Source of the DNA: Octopus bimaculoides
Lineage: Eukaryota
Direction: 5' to 3'
NCBI RefSeq assembly: GCF_001194135.2
Contig: NC_068986.1
Span: 68,625,228 to 68,689,227 of the forward strand
DNA: 64,000 nucleotides
Part shown: positions 12,674 to 27,099 of the stretch, piece by piece
Layout: each line of letters begins with the position of its first letter
How positions within the stretch are numbered: position 1 is the first letter of the stretch
Program-made: the position numbers and the translations under genes
Notes under the pieces: model-generated
Databases searched by the model: none
Seen by the model: only the letters and a program-made list of their open reading frames with translations
Told to the model about the DNA's origin: nothing

Positions 12674-13319
12674 ATGTGTGTCTACACGTGTGTTTGTAAA
12701 ATAGATTTTTTTAAAGAATTCATTTTTTTTAACAGTGACAAACTTAAAAGCTGCTCACGCTATCAATATTGTTATCTTGTAGGAATTATACAGAAGTCAA
12801 TCAATAAAACATTACATGATCTAGCTTGAAACTTAGTAACTCTTGTTACGACAGTTTTGAGCTAACGGAGTGATTTACATGTTAATGGTTGTATACACCA
12901 CAAAATATATGTAAAATGGTCAACAGAGTATCATTATGAATTCTATGAGATCAGTATTTAGAAAATCAGTTCTGAATCATCATTGTTGCATTTAAAGGAT
13001 AAATTAATAAATAATGGAAATATGTCATGATAACAAAGAGAAAAAATTTACATAAAAAAAATAAGCTTTTTAGTGGTTGCTCATCCTGAAAGAAAAGGCA
13101 GCCAAATCTCCAATAAATGACATGAAACCATCTCAAAAAATTACACTGAAAAATGTCATCCTAAATGTCTGAAAAAAGATTGGCTGGTTACAACTGGTAC
13201 ACCTTTAATCATATATCTGCATGATGAGAGCCAATCTGAGGTTAAACAACAACAAAGGTCCACATCAATATATGACTTAAAAGAAACTACCATTGTAGCA
13301 GTGGTATATTTTATAATGT

Positions 13320-13712
13320 GGAGGCGCAATGGCCCAGTGGTTAGGGCAGTAGACTCGCGGTCATAGGATCACGGTTTCGATTCCCAGACCGGGCGTTGTG
13401 AGTGTTTATTGAGCGAAAACACCTAAAGCTCCACGAGGCTCTGGCAGGGGTTGGTGGCGAACCCTGCTGTACTCTTCCACCACAACTTTCTCTCACTCTT
13501 ACTTCCAGTTTCTGTTGTGCCTGTAATTCAAAGGGTCAGCCTTGTCACACTGTGTCACACTGAATATCCCCAAGAACTACGTTAAGGGTACATGTGTCTG
13601 TGGAGTGCTCAGCCACTTGCACATTAATTTCACGAGCAGGCTGTTCCATTGATCGGATCAACTGGAACCCTCGACGTCGTCAGCAACGGAGTGCCAACAA
13701 CAACAACAACAA
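13320..13712 (+). mobile_element. ~390-bp tRNA-derived SINE with (CAA)n tail
   Basis: Head GGAGGCGCAATGGCCCAGTGGTTAGG...GGTTTCGATTCC and tail GTGCCAACAACAAC. Candidate TSD ATATTTTATA at 13306 and 13712. Near-identical copies lie at 33697 and 48925. Confidence 0.92.
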
Positions 13713-13889
13713 TATTTTATACTACTTATCCAGGTGATGGATGTCTCTTGCAAGTTATACAAAATTAACATATTGGTAGTATTTGATTCACTTATATTAC
13801 TGAAATTAGAAATATGACTTCTTGTTATTGTTAAAGTTGTCTTTTAAAATAAATATCTGCAGCAAGAATAATCAGCGATTAGATCATTA

Positions 13890-14030
13890 CACCTGATGTC
13901 ACAATTCGCTAGAATATTACTCACATGACCAACAAAAGCTGACCAATCACGACTTTGCCCAGAACTGACTCCAGCAACAATCTCATCTTTTTGTGCCTTT
14001 CTCTCTGAACCTAACCATCAGTATCTATTC
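13890..14030 (+). promoter_or_regulatory. Candidate core promoter or enhancer: CRE-like, E-box, CCAAT and Inr-like motifs
   Basis: TGATGTCA ~13894, TCACATGA 13921-13928, GACCAATCAC 13941-13950 and TCAGTA 14018-14023, in non-repetitive sequence. Confidence 0.25.
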
Positions 14031-14554
14031 AGCACATCTTAACTACTTGACAGAGAGCATTGAGAAACAGTTGAGACAAGACAGCAGATGGAAAGTGAAC
14101 AGACTTGAACAGCTGCTAAACAATGACAAATAACGACAGCAACACAGGCACCAACTAACCACACCTTTACTGCTGTTACAATCACACCAAGAACAAAAAC
14201 ATTTGCACTCTGTCAATGTTTCGTTGTTCATAAGTAACAGCAGCATTTACCTTTTGTGCGTGAAAAGGATAAAAATTTTGCATATCAAAAATCCAAACAG
14301 ATTTCCATGTTCTTCTTCATAACATAACTATAGTTTATCATCATTATTTTCTATCCATGGGTTGGACAAGTCTTTTACCATCACAGCAGCTTGCCATTTG
14401 CAGTCTCCTCTCATCTCCTTTATGAGATTCAGCACTCTGAAATTAACCTTAAATTCTTGCCAAATCATTCACTTCTGTAGGTTGCAATTATAAATTAGAT
14501 AATTTTATATCTTAAATAGTCTAACAAGAGCTAGCAATGGAATGTTTAGATAGG

Positions 14555-14708
14555 TGCAGGCATGGTTGTGTAATTAAGAAGACTGTTTTGCAACCACATG
14601 GTTTCAGGCTCAGTTCTGATGTGCAACACCTGGGAAAGTGTCTTTTACAACAGTCCCAGGCTGACCAATGCCTTGTGAGTAAATGTGATAAATGTAAATT
14701 GTGCTGGA

Positions 14709-14757
<49 letters not shown>

Positions 14758-14805
14758 GCATGTGCGTGCTTGATAACTGGTGCTGGTCTGTTTACATCCT
14801 TGTAA
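14555..14805 (+). mobile_element. CORE-type SINE, old copy with (TG)n
   Basis: Diverged match to the SINE head and body, with the central microsatellite expanded. Confidence 0.7.
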
Positions 14806-15139
14806 CTTTTAATATGCAGCTGTCAGTCCACTGACTTTCTGTGGTCAAACCTCCAAGTCTAAAGAATGGGATCAGATTGCATGGACTGACTCTCACTTTA
14901 AAACTACTATGCACAGGCAGGAAGAAAAGCCCTGCAGTGATGGAGAAGAGATGAAAACAACAGGTACTGGATGATGCTGGCAGTCACAGCTTCAACTCCG
15001 CATGTTGGTGTGCTGCTCTTCCTCATGGTCTTCAGGCACAAAGAACTGCCATCATTTACAGCTACTTGATGAGAGTCAACCAGTGTTAAGTATTTACCTA
15101 CAGCAGCAGCTCATGAATTTTTTCTTCTAGTATACCTGT

Positions 15140-15460
15140 CTGTTATGTCCAGTAGTCCTGATGTACCCACTGTGAAAAATATATTGTAAAATGGTTGGGT
15201 AACATAAAACAGACAATAGTGGATACCATTTTATAAACACCATAAAACAGTGTGTAGTTTGTTATTGATAATATTTGAAATCAAAACTCTCAAACAACAT
15301 ATTTAACTAAATTTTCTGTTATAAATTCTGTTTACTAAAACTGAAGGGACACCATTAAAAGTAGTTGTTATTTTCAAATTTTAATATTTTCCCAATTTTG
15401 TGTACCCCATAATTTCTTTTATATATCCTGAGGATACGTGTACCTTTGAGAACCCCCTGG
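15140..15460. mobile_element. Possible hAT MITE remnant
   Basis: The right end TTTGAGAACCCCCTG resembles the hAT ends at 36308 and 44340. The left TIR and TSD are not clear. Confidence 0.35.
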
Positions 15461-18400
15461 ACTAAAGAGATTGAACAGTACTGGTGACACTTGACCAACT
15501 TCATTAATAGCACCTCATTTAGATAAAAGCACACTCATCTGTTGCCCTTAGCCTCACTTGTTGAGAGGCACAAATTTGTAGGCTTTAATACCAACATGGA
15601 AAATCAAATACTTTATAGACAATTCTATGTTTGCTATCCTATGAGGCAGCTGAGTGATTAAGATGATGTAACAGCAGACCTCCTGATTTTATGTTCAAAT
15701 CTTTTCTCAGCAAAGTACATTATTAGCTAAGCATGAAATAACCTCAAGGAATATAAACGCACAGTTACTTCAGATATATTAAATTGCAAACCATATGCTC
15801 ACCTATTCCCTTTACTATTAAAAAGCTGCTGAAGTAAATATAAGAAAATCAATGTAGGAATATAGCGAAATTATAAAACTAATCTTTAAAACACAGACAT
15901 GCATTCTTTCAATCCCCTACCCTACCCCACCAGAATTAATCATCTTCTAACTTAAGCTGATTAATATGCACTAGATTTAAACCCTTTTCTGACATAAGCT
16001 GACATAAATTTACATAATCTTACTTTTGATAGATTTTAAAATTTCTTTAAATACATTTTAACCAAATTGTCTCTATAAATGTTGAAAATATTGTAAAAGT
16101 TTGCCCAAAACATTTCAAAGTATGTTAGTAATGACTAACTTGGCTGAAAAATGTTAAGAAATGTTTTAATTAAAATAGGGGCTAATAAATTTGTTGTTTT
16201 CAAAATACATTGAAAGCTATATAAATGTGAACAAGACTACAATGATCCCATAGCAAAGAGAGGGAAATATTTATTTACTGACAAACATGATGTAATGATT
16301 GCCATGAAATCCTTATTGCTACTAAAAAGTGCATTATGATATACTTTGGTTGGAGGCTGGCAGCCAGCCATTTGCAATAAAGAAACAAACATGTTTACAC
16401 TTGTGCACCAAATACTGAACTTAAATATATTAGCTAAAGAAAATAAAAAGGATTTTGATCCTAGGAAACTATTTCTTGTCACAACCAAAGTTACTTTGGT
16501 AACTTCAAAATTCTAAATTGAAATTTTAAGAGAAGGGTGTTATAACTTGTATTGTGATAGAGAAGTAAAGCTGCAAAATAGTCAAGACAGATTTTCTTAC
16601 AATCCCCAAAACTAGAAGTTTAGTAACATTTATATATTTCAGGTATAAAGGCTCATCATCAGATATAAATAATCAAGAAATATTTTAGTCTATACAGTAC
16701 CAGCCATGTTGATCAGAATGCAAACAGCAGCAGGATGGTGACTCAGACAATGGTTAACATGGCATGTACTGTATTAACTAACATTTCTTGACTTTACTTC
16801 TTATGATGGGACTCTGTGCCTGAATTTATACAAAGGTTACTAAATGTTTTCTTTTGCACACTGTAAGAAGCTCTCCATCTCCAATATTTTATTATTTTAA
16901 AATTTTAAGTCTAGGCCTGAAGTGATGGGTCACATTCTATGCATAGCATATAGATCAATCTCTGGTTGGAATGAAATATTTCAAATTTAATATTTTGACA
17001 AATACTACAAATTACCTTAAATGTTTTCAAGATAGATATCTTAAGATGTATTTAGTACCATTATGATGGAAAAATTACTGTTGAAAAATTTTCATTTCAC
17101 AAGCAATTACTCATATTTTTTCTTCCATACTTAGAGGAGAAAAGAAAAGTAACCATAACTTTATCAGGCTCTCTTGCATTCATATATGACACACTTATCA
17201 TCAAGCTATTCAGTCATTCAAAATGAGAACAGCCCATACCAACTTCAAAAGGTTTCTGCAGTGTAACTAACAAAAAACCCTTTTTCTGTTCATATTTCAC
17301 TTTATCTCTTCATGTGAGCACAGTAAGGGGATGATAAGTACCTAGTGAGTTGAGTATGCAACATTGGCTCAGTTCTAAGTTGACCCATCTAACATCTCAA
17401 TCCTACAACATTTGGCTGCACATAACAGCCTGGAGATTGGATAGGCTTCACCAGAATGACTTGTCCTTGACACACTACATGAAGAGAAACTTTCTGGTAG
17501 TGACCAAAAGTCCACTGAGAGTCGTGGAACATTTTCATTTAATTTCTTCAATGTTCATAGTGTATCATATGATCATGAGTCTTCACAAGTTGTTACAGCA
17601 TTCATACAGCTGGTTCCAGGTTGCCTTGGTGGTAAGATAACCAGCTGTAAAAGCAATTAATGCAACAATATACAAATACTGAAATTCATAAACCTTCCCA
17701 TCCACAATAGTATAGATAAAAGATTTAAACCAGTAAAAGATAATTTACAAAAATAAAATATTAATGAATAACATCTGTTAGGCCTCCTGTTCACAAAGGC
17801 TAATGAATTAAGGAGCAATAACAAAGCACATTGTCATATGGTGAAACTTTACTTTGGAAATTGTTGCAACAATATATAAATGTCTAAATTTACAGAAGCA
17901 ACTTCAGTAGCTTAACATGAAACAGGAAAAAAAAAAGTATACCTCAAATATTCTATTTTAGAAAACAGAGAAATGTTTCTTCTACTTTGGCATAAAATAA
18001 AGAAGCTGCTGTAGACTCAAATGGTTAGAGAGGTTTGCGCTCTCCACTACTTATATTTCCATACATATATAGATAGAATTCCTGATAGAAAAAAAAATAA
18101 AAGAATATTCTGGCAATCAAAGTATAAATCTCAAAGTAGATCTGCAACAAAATAGATATTGCTATCTGATATAGCAACGTCTGCTCACAAACTCTGATGA
18201 ATCAGATAAATAAACAAATCATTGCTAAAGTTCAGACAAAGCAATATATCTCTGTGTATGCGAGCAGGTAAACTTAAGATGCAAGCAGCATTATATGTGT
18301 GCGGATACAAATATGCATGCACACACACAGATATGTTAGCAAACATATACATATAAGTTTGAAAATTTGGGTAAATACAAATGCCATGGTTTTATATAGA

Positions 18401-18669
18401 ACTCAAAAAGTAGTTAAGCTAAAAAGAACAGGTAAACTAAACAACATACAATATGCGTATGTGTGTGTATGAGTATGCATATATGTGTTTACATACACAT
18501 ATGAATATGTGCATTATATAAGCAACTTAATTTAAATAATCAAGTTATTTGCTAGTTTACACATCTATATCCACAAAAATACAGGGAAAGAGAAAGAGAA
18601 TTAGAGAGTGAGGAGAGAGAATAGAGAGTGATGCCCTAACACATATGAAAGCAAATAAATAAATAAATA

Positions 18670-18735
<66 letters not shown>

Positions 18736-19802
18736 TAACATTCATACATGCAGTTTGCTTTCAAAACTGATATAAAATAGAGAAAATACATGCAAAACCA
18801 AAAAAAAAAAAAAAAAAAAAGAGAAGTAGAAAGCTAAAATCTAATTGTATTTCTGAAATAAAGAATATATGAATATTTTTAGGAAAGGAAATTTCTGGTT
18901 CAAAATTCTATCAATGGTAGGGAAATTCTATTGATCTGTCGACAGTATTGATTTGTATTGCAATACCCATGGCAACGAACGCTATTGAAAACAAGGCAAT
19001 AAAGATAATCTTGTAAGCATCCACACAAACTTTCATGTATAGAAAAATTTACTGTTATCTAGCCAACAATTCTGTTTTTACAGTTAATAGATCACAAATT
19101 GTCAAGGGTTATTAACTCATACAGAGAGGAACACAATTTTTTTTTTCCCCTAACAAGAGAGTGGATGATTATTTTTTGCTAAAAGAAGCTAACATGAATT
19201 TGCTTTTATTGTAGCCTATACAAGACCTGAAAAGCATTACTATTTTCCCATTCAGGTGGCTGGCTACCTGGTCTATTTTGAAAAAGATATCATGAAAAAA
19301 GCAAAAAAAGAAAAATCAATAATACTAGATAAAAATAATACTTTTCTTCTCAGACTCAGATTTCCATCTTAAAATGATGACAACTTTAAGTAATATTGTT
19401 TGGTTTTAAACACATCTATGTTTATGCTGATGGATTATGATCTATTTTGACATAATATTTTCATTAGGAAATCCAAATGAAAATTTTAACAAGCAAAGAA
19501 TGTCTTATTGAATTAGCTTTTAGTGTTTCAAAAGAGAAAGAAAAAAATAAATGTATAAATCTTGGAAAATAAATGTATAAATCTTGGAAAATAAAATAAA
19601 ACAAGTAATCATTATATCTTACACAATATGTTATATACAAAGCATACTTAGAAACACACACACATATATATATAAACATAAATATATATGCATACAAATA
19701 TAAATTTATACACACACACAAATATACATACACATAAACATATATATATATACATATACATGCATGCATACAAATATAAATTTTTATATACACACACACA
19801 TA

Positions 19803-20180
19803 TTCTTTTATTCTTTTACTTGTTTCTGTCATTTGACTGCGGCCATGCTGGAGCACCACCTTTAGTCGAGCGAATCGACCCCAGGACTTATTTTTTGTAA
19901 GCCTAGTACTTATTCTATCAGTCACTTTTGCCGAACTGCTAAGTCACAGGGACATAAATACACCAGCATCGGTTGTCAAGCAATGTTGGGGAACAGACAT
20001 AGACACACAAATACACACACACACATATACATATATACAACAGGCTTCTTTCAGTTTCCGTCTACCAAATCCACTCACAAGGCTTTGGTCAGCTCAAAGC
20101 TATAACAGAAGACACTTGTCCAGATGCCACGCAGTAGGACTGAACCCGGGACCATGTGGTTGGTAAGCAAGCTACTTACC
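19803..20180 (-). mobile_element. CORE-type SINE, near full length
   Basis: Reverse complement of the 4119-4520 copy from tail to head. Confidence 0.9.
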
Positions 20181-20919
20181 ACACAGCCTCTCCTGCATCT
20201 ATACATATATAAATATACATTCACTCATATATACATACATGCATGCATATACACACACATATACATACATGTATATATACACACATATACACATACATGC
20301 ATACAAACAAACACACACACAAACACATGTCAGCATTGAATTGGTAGAGTTAATAAAAGCAAAAATCATGAAATGCTTTGCTTATTTCAGAGTCTTGCAT
20401 TTTAAATTCAAATTCTAGCAAAATCAACTTTACTTTTCATTCTTCTGGGATCAATAAATGAAGTACCAATCTAGGGTAGTGGATTGGCAGAATTGTTAGG
20501 GGTGACAGCTAGGATGCTTTGCAGCATTCATTCTGAGTTCCAATCTCACTGTAGTCTACTTAAGTGGTAGACTTAATCTGTCACTTGGTTTAACACTACC
20601 ACCTGGCCTTTGGATACTTTTAGCATTGTCCAGAGTTTCAAGAAAACAGTCAGATCTTTGGTTTTAGAAAACTTATTTCCCCAGCTCATAGGCATTGCCT
20701 TTCCTCCTAAGAAAGCAATACACACACACACAAATATACACACATACATGCATACAAATATATACTCATACATATATAACTACACATACACACATGCATA
20801 CATTTTGTAAAAGCATTTCTATTGCCTGATTTACGTTCTAAAATCTTTCATTGAAGTAAAAGATATAAAAATTTTAAAACTTATTTGTTATTTTAGTGTA
20901 TATCCATTAACTCTTTTAG

Positions 20920-21052
20920 TCCATTTTGACTACTCTAGTATATGCCCATTTTGACTCCTGTGGTATATGCCCATTTTGACTCCTCTAGTAATGTGTCCGT
21001 TTTGACTCTTCTAGTAATATGTCCATTTTGCCTCTTCTAATGTATACCCATT
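20920..21052. repeat. Minisatellite, ~24-25-bp unit CCATTTTGACTCCTCTAGTA(A)TATG, 5-6 diverged copies
   Basis: Repeated (G/C)CCATTTTGACT motif at a regular spacing. Confidence 0.9.
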
Positions 21053-21059
21053 CAATAAT

Positions 21060-22540
21060 ACATTATCACTCTATTTGCTCAAGTTTGTAGTTATATTGCC
21101 TATCTAATCAAGCTTGCGAACCATTCATTATATCTTTGATGTCACATTAATAAGCAAAACAATGTCATCAGCATGATTCAAATTTTCCGAATAGTTTCCA
21201 TAAATAAATCTTCTCAACTCTTTCTTTTCCATTTCCAGACTTTTCCCTTAAGGCAGTTTATTAGATCAGCAAACAAGAGAAGTAATAAAACACTTCCATA
21301 CAGCACTTCGCTCTCATCATTTGATCAGTGATCATTGCATCTTGATATACTATGCCTATTAGACAGACTGACTTTTGCAGCAAGCCAGAGTAACACAGAA
21401 GCTTCCAAGCTGTAACCCTATATACACAATCAAAGACCTTTTCAAAATTAAAGTATGTTTGAATCTGAAATATTATTGTACAATGTCTGAATAAATAATA
21501 TTTTATCATTAAAACCATGCAATCACTGGAAACTTGTTTGTCCATCCATTAATATACTTTCCTAACAATCAATATCATACTCAGAATAATAAAATTGAAC
21601 ATTTTTTCATACTATGCTGCTCAGTTTTATATCTCTTCAAAGGCCATATTCTCTGTTATCCTAGGCACTATGTCAACCTTCCAATCTCCAAGTATCTTTC
21701 CTATACTCCATATATTACGAAACAACTTCAATAATGTTCCTGCAATTTCATGTTTATCCCTTTTTAGCCTTTCTCCTACAATTCCATTTCTCCAAGAATC
21801 TTTCCATTTTTTTGTTTGCCCGATGACTTTCAACAGATACTTCATTTATAACACTTCCAGCACTTCTTGTGGTTCAAGAATTATGAGAAGATTTCTTGCA
21901 ATAAATGCTTTGTTCATGGTTGTTTTAAATATCCTCTCCATCTTTCTGAGATGTTTATGTTAGACATTATAAGTTCCCTATCAATACTAAACTCAAAGTG
22001 TTCTCCTTACTTGTAGTCTCATTATTTTCTGATTTCTCTGCTACCTTGTATGTTAAGCAATTAATCTACTTCATTAACTTCCACTTCCAAAACTCTTCTA
22101 TCACTTCTTGACTACCTCTTTATCTCTGTTGCAACCCTAGCATCTTGGTCCATCTAATTTCAACAGTTTGTTTTTGTTCTTTCATGCCACAATAACTTCC
22201 CCTATTTTCATCCAAAATCCATTTCATTCTTTTTCACTTTCTTCTGGCTAGAACATGTTTGTATACGTTCTGATGTACTTCCTTGACATTTTCCCATGTG
22301 CCATCAATATCTGCATCTTCATCTGTAGCTTCAATTACAAATCAATTCCAATATTGAATCACAAATTCATCTTTAAGTCTATCATCTCTCAATCTTCCTG
22401 CACGAAACCTGGTATTTCCAGCCTTCTTTTCTTTAGACTTCAGCTTTAATTGAATTGTCTCTGTTGCCTCCTGATGGCTACTTCCAATATCTATGACTTA
22501 ATATGTTTGAATGTCTGGCTGCAATTTTGTATCAAAATAT
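21060..22540 (-). pseudogene. Decayed non-LTR retrotransposon ORF2 (tether and reverse transcriptase region)
   Basis: Minus-strand fragments: ..DADIDGTWENVKEV..RRK*KRMKWILDENREVI.., LLKLFRNIWSIGKILGDWKVDIVP, GSVLLLLLFADLIN and NLNHADDIVLL (the YADD position, 21164-21175). Many stops and frameshifts. Confidence 0.85.
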
Positions 22541-22549
22541 AATCTATTT

Positions 22550-22700
22550 CATCATCATCAACAACAACAATATTTAATATCCCTTTTTCCATGCTAGCAT
22601 TTGGTTGGATAGTTCAACATGAACAGACAAACCAGAGTGCTGGGCCAGGCTCCAATATCTGCTTTGGCATAGTTTATACAGCTAGATGCCCTTCCTATTT
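22550..22700 (-). mobile_element. RTE 3' tail fragment, diverged
   Basis: TTTCCATGCTAGCATTTGGTTGG...GCTAGATGCCCTTCCTA matches the tail family. Confidence 0.7.
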
Positions 22701-23462
22701 GATTACAATATATTTCTATCTGGAGAAGTCCAGGTATATTTATGAATATCCTTGTATTTAAAGAAAATACACGCTATAAGATTGTTGGTCATACAAAATG
22801 CTACCAAGCTCACACTATTTTCATTACCATATCTAAGCTCATGTATGCCCTTATATCCCTCAACTGCAATTGCCAACTTCCATGTTTAGATCATCAATCA
22901 CAGGTTTATATCATTTACAGGCATACAATCAATTCCCTCTTGTAGCAATTAATAGAAAGAATCTTTCTCTCCATCGGTTGCATTATTTTTCAAAAACATA
23001 ACAAACCATTATATTAATGTTGCATTGCTCAGCTTTAAGCTTCACTAAAAGCATTTTGCCATTAGCTAAAGGTTTTCATTTAGATAATGCTTTTAAAGCT
23101 TTTAGCTTTATGTAATGTAACTAAAGAAAGTTATTCAAGCAGAGTACACCCCTCTCCAAGTTACAAACAGAAACAAAAATACTGAGTGGCAGATGATAAT
23201 CAAGCTCATGTGACTGGGTTAATTCCCAAATATATTAACATATATTACCAGCTCTGTGTCATTGCTTATATATGTCTATGCTATATGATTGTCCTATCTT
23301 AATTTACTGTATTGTCAGAGCAAGTAGTTAATTAGTTGTCTGTCAGATGAAATTCATCCTAACTTGCTTAATTAAAATAATTGCAGAATACAATATTATA
23401 GAAATAATTTCTTGTGTAGCAGTGACACCATCACAAACACACACACACACACACACACACAC

Positions 23463-23562
23463 NNNNNNNNNNNNNNNNNNNNNNNNNNNNNNNNNNNNNN
23501 NNNNNNNNNNNNNNNNNNNNNNNNNNNNNNNNNNNNNNNNNNNNNNNNNNNNNNNNNNNNNN
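23463..23562. other. Assembly gap (100 N) after (CA)n
   Basis: Run of N. Confidence 1.
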
Positions 23563-24492
23563 AAAATTACCATTAAAAAATTGGGTTACCTCCCCACTAA
23601 AAAATTGAGTTTGTGGCAACAAGAGATGGGATTAAAAGTGTTAGATCTTTTTGATTCAATAGTTCAATACATAACAGGCATGGTATGATTTGTTATAAAA
23701 ATGTTATTAGATTCAATATATATAAATATCGAATCATTAGTATCATATCATTAGTAATATATTTAACAGAAAAGGTGTTTCTCTATATGTCCTATTAGGT
23801 ATGCCCAGTGATACACATTAACTGATTATAACGTTTTCCATATTGGAGTACATGCTTATGCGCATGTGCAAAGACAAAAATTATCATCAACGCTATTTGA
23901 AATTTTTGCAGATAAATCTTACGATCTATTTATAGAATTTAATTTGCTCTTGTGGTATAAAACATCTAAAAATATTTATTGCATAGTGTTTACTCTCTGG
24001 GATCTAGTTTTTATCATTTGCAAAATATGCATTTTTTTTTAAAAGACAGTAAAAAATCTGAAAATCGGCTATAATAATAAAGTTTTCCAATTTAATTGCT
24101 ATGAAGGTATGATGTTATGGAGAAAAAAAATTGGAAGAAAAAGTTACAGAGGTTTAAAAATCAGAAAAACTGCGTATTTATAGCCAATAGCAAGACAGAA
24201 ATTTTCAGTGTTTAGCAGAGCAGTGTCAACTTTAAGGTTGTACCCTGTGAAATTTATCATTTAGCCTTCTGTGAAATGATTTCTTCATTGTAGGTTTCTG
24301 AATAAACAGAAATACCTAATAAAATCAACATGCATCATCTTACTGTTTTTTTTTTTTTTTGTCTCTTCATTGACTGTATGTTCTTTTTTTTTTATTTGTA
24401 ATATTAATATATTTGTTTGCATGTGTTTACTTTATGTGTATTTCAGCATTATGATTACCTGTCATGTATTTGTGTACATCATTAATATATAA

Positions 24493-24534
<42 letters not shown>

Positions 24535-26239
24535 TGTATGTATGTGTGTGCAAGCGCATGTGTGAAAAGGGGGTGCCTGTCTCAAAAATGATTTCATGCT
24601 TGGATTTGTAAACTAGAATAAGAATAACACTGGTCAACAAAGAATTTTCCGAAGAAAAAGAATAGCTGTATCTTATATGTTTTTGCATGTAGAATTCAAA
24701 AATAATGTCAAATTATCCGTACTAAGTTCACATATTCCATTCAGCATCATATTGCCAAGAAACTGTATAAACATTGCAAACAACTTTTGCTATATGTGAA
24801 AAATATGTAAAAAATTAAAACAATTGGCAAAAAATATCTATAATAAAATTCTAATATAAATTTTTATTAAAACAAAACACAAAGGTGAAGTAAATCTCAT
24901 AGTACGAAGAATCAACACAGCACACAGGTGGAACACAATTCAATGTGCAGTTATCATGGTAACAAGCTGTTAATGCCTCGCTGTCTGTTGATTGGCTAAA
25001 ATTACCCAAATTTCCCAACTTTAATTCCAAATAACATCAGATTCTTTAATTTACAAGATAAAGCAATTAGTTGATTGTAATCAAAATTCAGAGTAACATC
25101 AATACACCAAAACTGAAAGCAATCTGAGCAAAATTAAAGGGGGCTCATTTTGCAAATGAAAAAGACTAGATCCACTCTCTGTTTCTTTAATACTTATATT
25201 TTGTTTTGGTAAATATGAAGAATCTTTCCTAATGACAAATTAAAAAGAAAAACAGTTTTCAGGGTAAAATGAACATGTAGATTACAAAAACCTCAATAAA
25301 AATTAGGGCAAACTAACAGTCTCAGAGATATTCGCCTTTTATGGTGGTTATGGACAAAGGTAAAATGTATGCACACTATGTAACCCTAACCAGTGTGCAT
25401 GTGCTTTATCTTCACCCAACATTCTATGGTAAAATAAATGTGTATATTACAAAAAATAGAGCAAACTTACTGTTTCAAATATATCCACATTTTGAAGAGG
25501 GTCCTGAATACAGTTTGCTGCTTCCCAGTGAAGAAAGCGATGGAGACATTCAGCATGATTCAGAATAAATTTAATGAACAGATACCTCACTACATTCTGC
25601 TTGAGGTACTTACAAACTGCCAGTAAACAAATGTATGTAAACTTAATTAGGAGCTAATGCAGAATCGCACCTCTTCCTACATTTTAGATGTCGGAGAGTA
25701 CGAATATGCCAAAATAAAAAAAACACCTTTTCAAATTTCACCCCCACCCCCAATTTAAAATTTTGATTTTGTTTACCTTAAAGTGATCGTAGCGAATTGA
25801 CGAACATATGCAAATTGAAATCAAATATAGACAAACATTAAAGTGAAAAGAATTTGTTTTACTTGTTAGACTTAAATAATTGTAAATAATAATTAAATGT
25901 AAATTAAATATACACCATTTTATGAGAAACAAACATTAATATGTTTAATAATTAATGTTATAAAGTTTAATAAGGGGATTAAATTTCCCCCCCTTCCTCC
26001 AATTTTAAATTCTGAACTTTTTCATCCATTTATTTATTTGTCTGTCTATTTATCCCTATCTGTTTATTCATATCTATCTATTTATCCCTATATTCATATA
26101 TATATATATATAGCAATTGCAGCTTCGAAGATATTTGTTGGCCATTCAAGGAAAACAAAAAACCGTTAGATTCACTTCAACATTTAATTTTCAAAGACTA
26201 TTGAGGTCATTTAAGAACACACAAAAAAACATTAGATGC

Positions 26240-27026
26240 NNNNNNNNNNNNNNNNNNNNNNNNNNNNNNNNNNNNNNNNNNNNNNNNNNNNNNNNNNNNN
26301 NNNNNNNNNNNNNNNNNNNNNNNNNNNNNNNNNNNNNNNNNNNNNNNNNNNNNNNNNNNNNNNNNNNNNNNNNNNNNNNNNNNNNNNNNNNNNNNNNNNN
26401 NNNNNNNNNNNNNNNNNNNNNNNNNNNNNNNNNNNNNNNNNNNNNNNNNNNNNNNNNNNNNNNNNNNNNNNNNNNNNNNNNNNNNNNNNNNNNNNNNNNN
26501 NNNNNNNNNNNNNNNNNNNNNNNNNNNNNNNNNNNNNNNNNNNNNNNNNNNNNNNNNNNNNNNNNNNNNNNNNNNNNNNNNNNNNNNNNNNNNNNNNNNN
26601 NNNNNNNNNNNNNNNNNNNNNNNNNNNNNNNNNNNNNNNNNNNNNNNNNNNNNNNNNNNNNNNNNNNNNNNNNNNNNNNNNNNNNNNNNNNNNNNNNNNN
26701 NNNNNNNNNNNNNNNNNNNNNNNNNNNNNNNNNNNNNNNNNNNNNNNNNNNNNNNNNNNNNNNNNNNNNNNNNNNNNNNNNNNNNNNNNNNNNNNNNNNN
26801 NNNNNNNNNNNNNNNNNNNNNNNNNNNNNNNNNNNNNNNNNNNNNNNNNNNNNNNNNNNNNNNNNNNNNNNNNNNNNNNNNNNNNNNNNNNNNNNNNNNN
26901 NNNNNNNNNNNNNNNNNNNNNNNNNNNNNNNNNNNNNNNNNNNNNNNNNNNNNNNNNNNNNNNNNNNNNNNNNNNNNNNNNNNNNNNNNNNNNNNNNNNN
27001 NNNNNNNNNNNNNNNNNNNNNNNNNN
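26240..27026. other. Assembly gap
   Basis: Run of N. Confidence 1.
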
Positions 27027-27099
27027 TACCACACAGCCACTCCTATGCCTATGTGTGTATGTGTATATATATATATATATATGGGAGAATATACAAATA

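Noticed and set aside
13320-13392. tRNA-like heads here and at 33697, 49240 and 53660 as tRNA genes
   Set aside because: Each continues into a repeated body and tail, some with TSDs, so they are SINEs.
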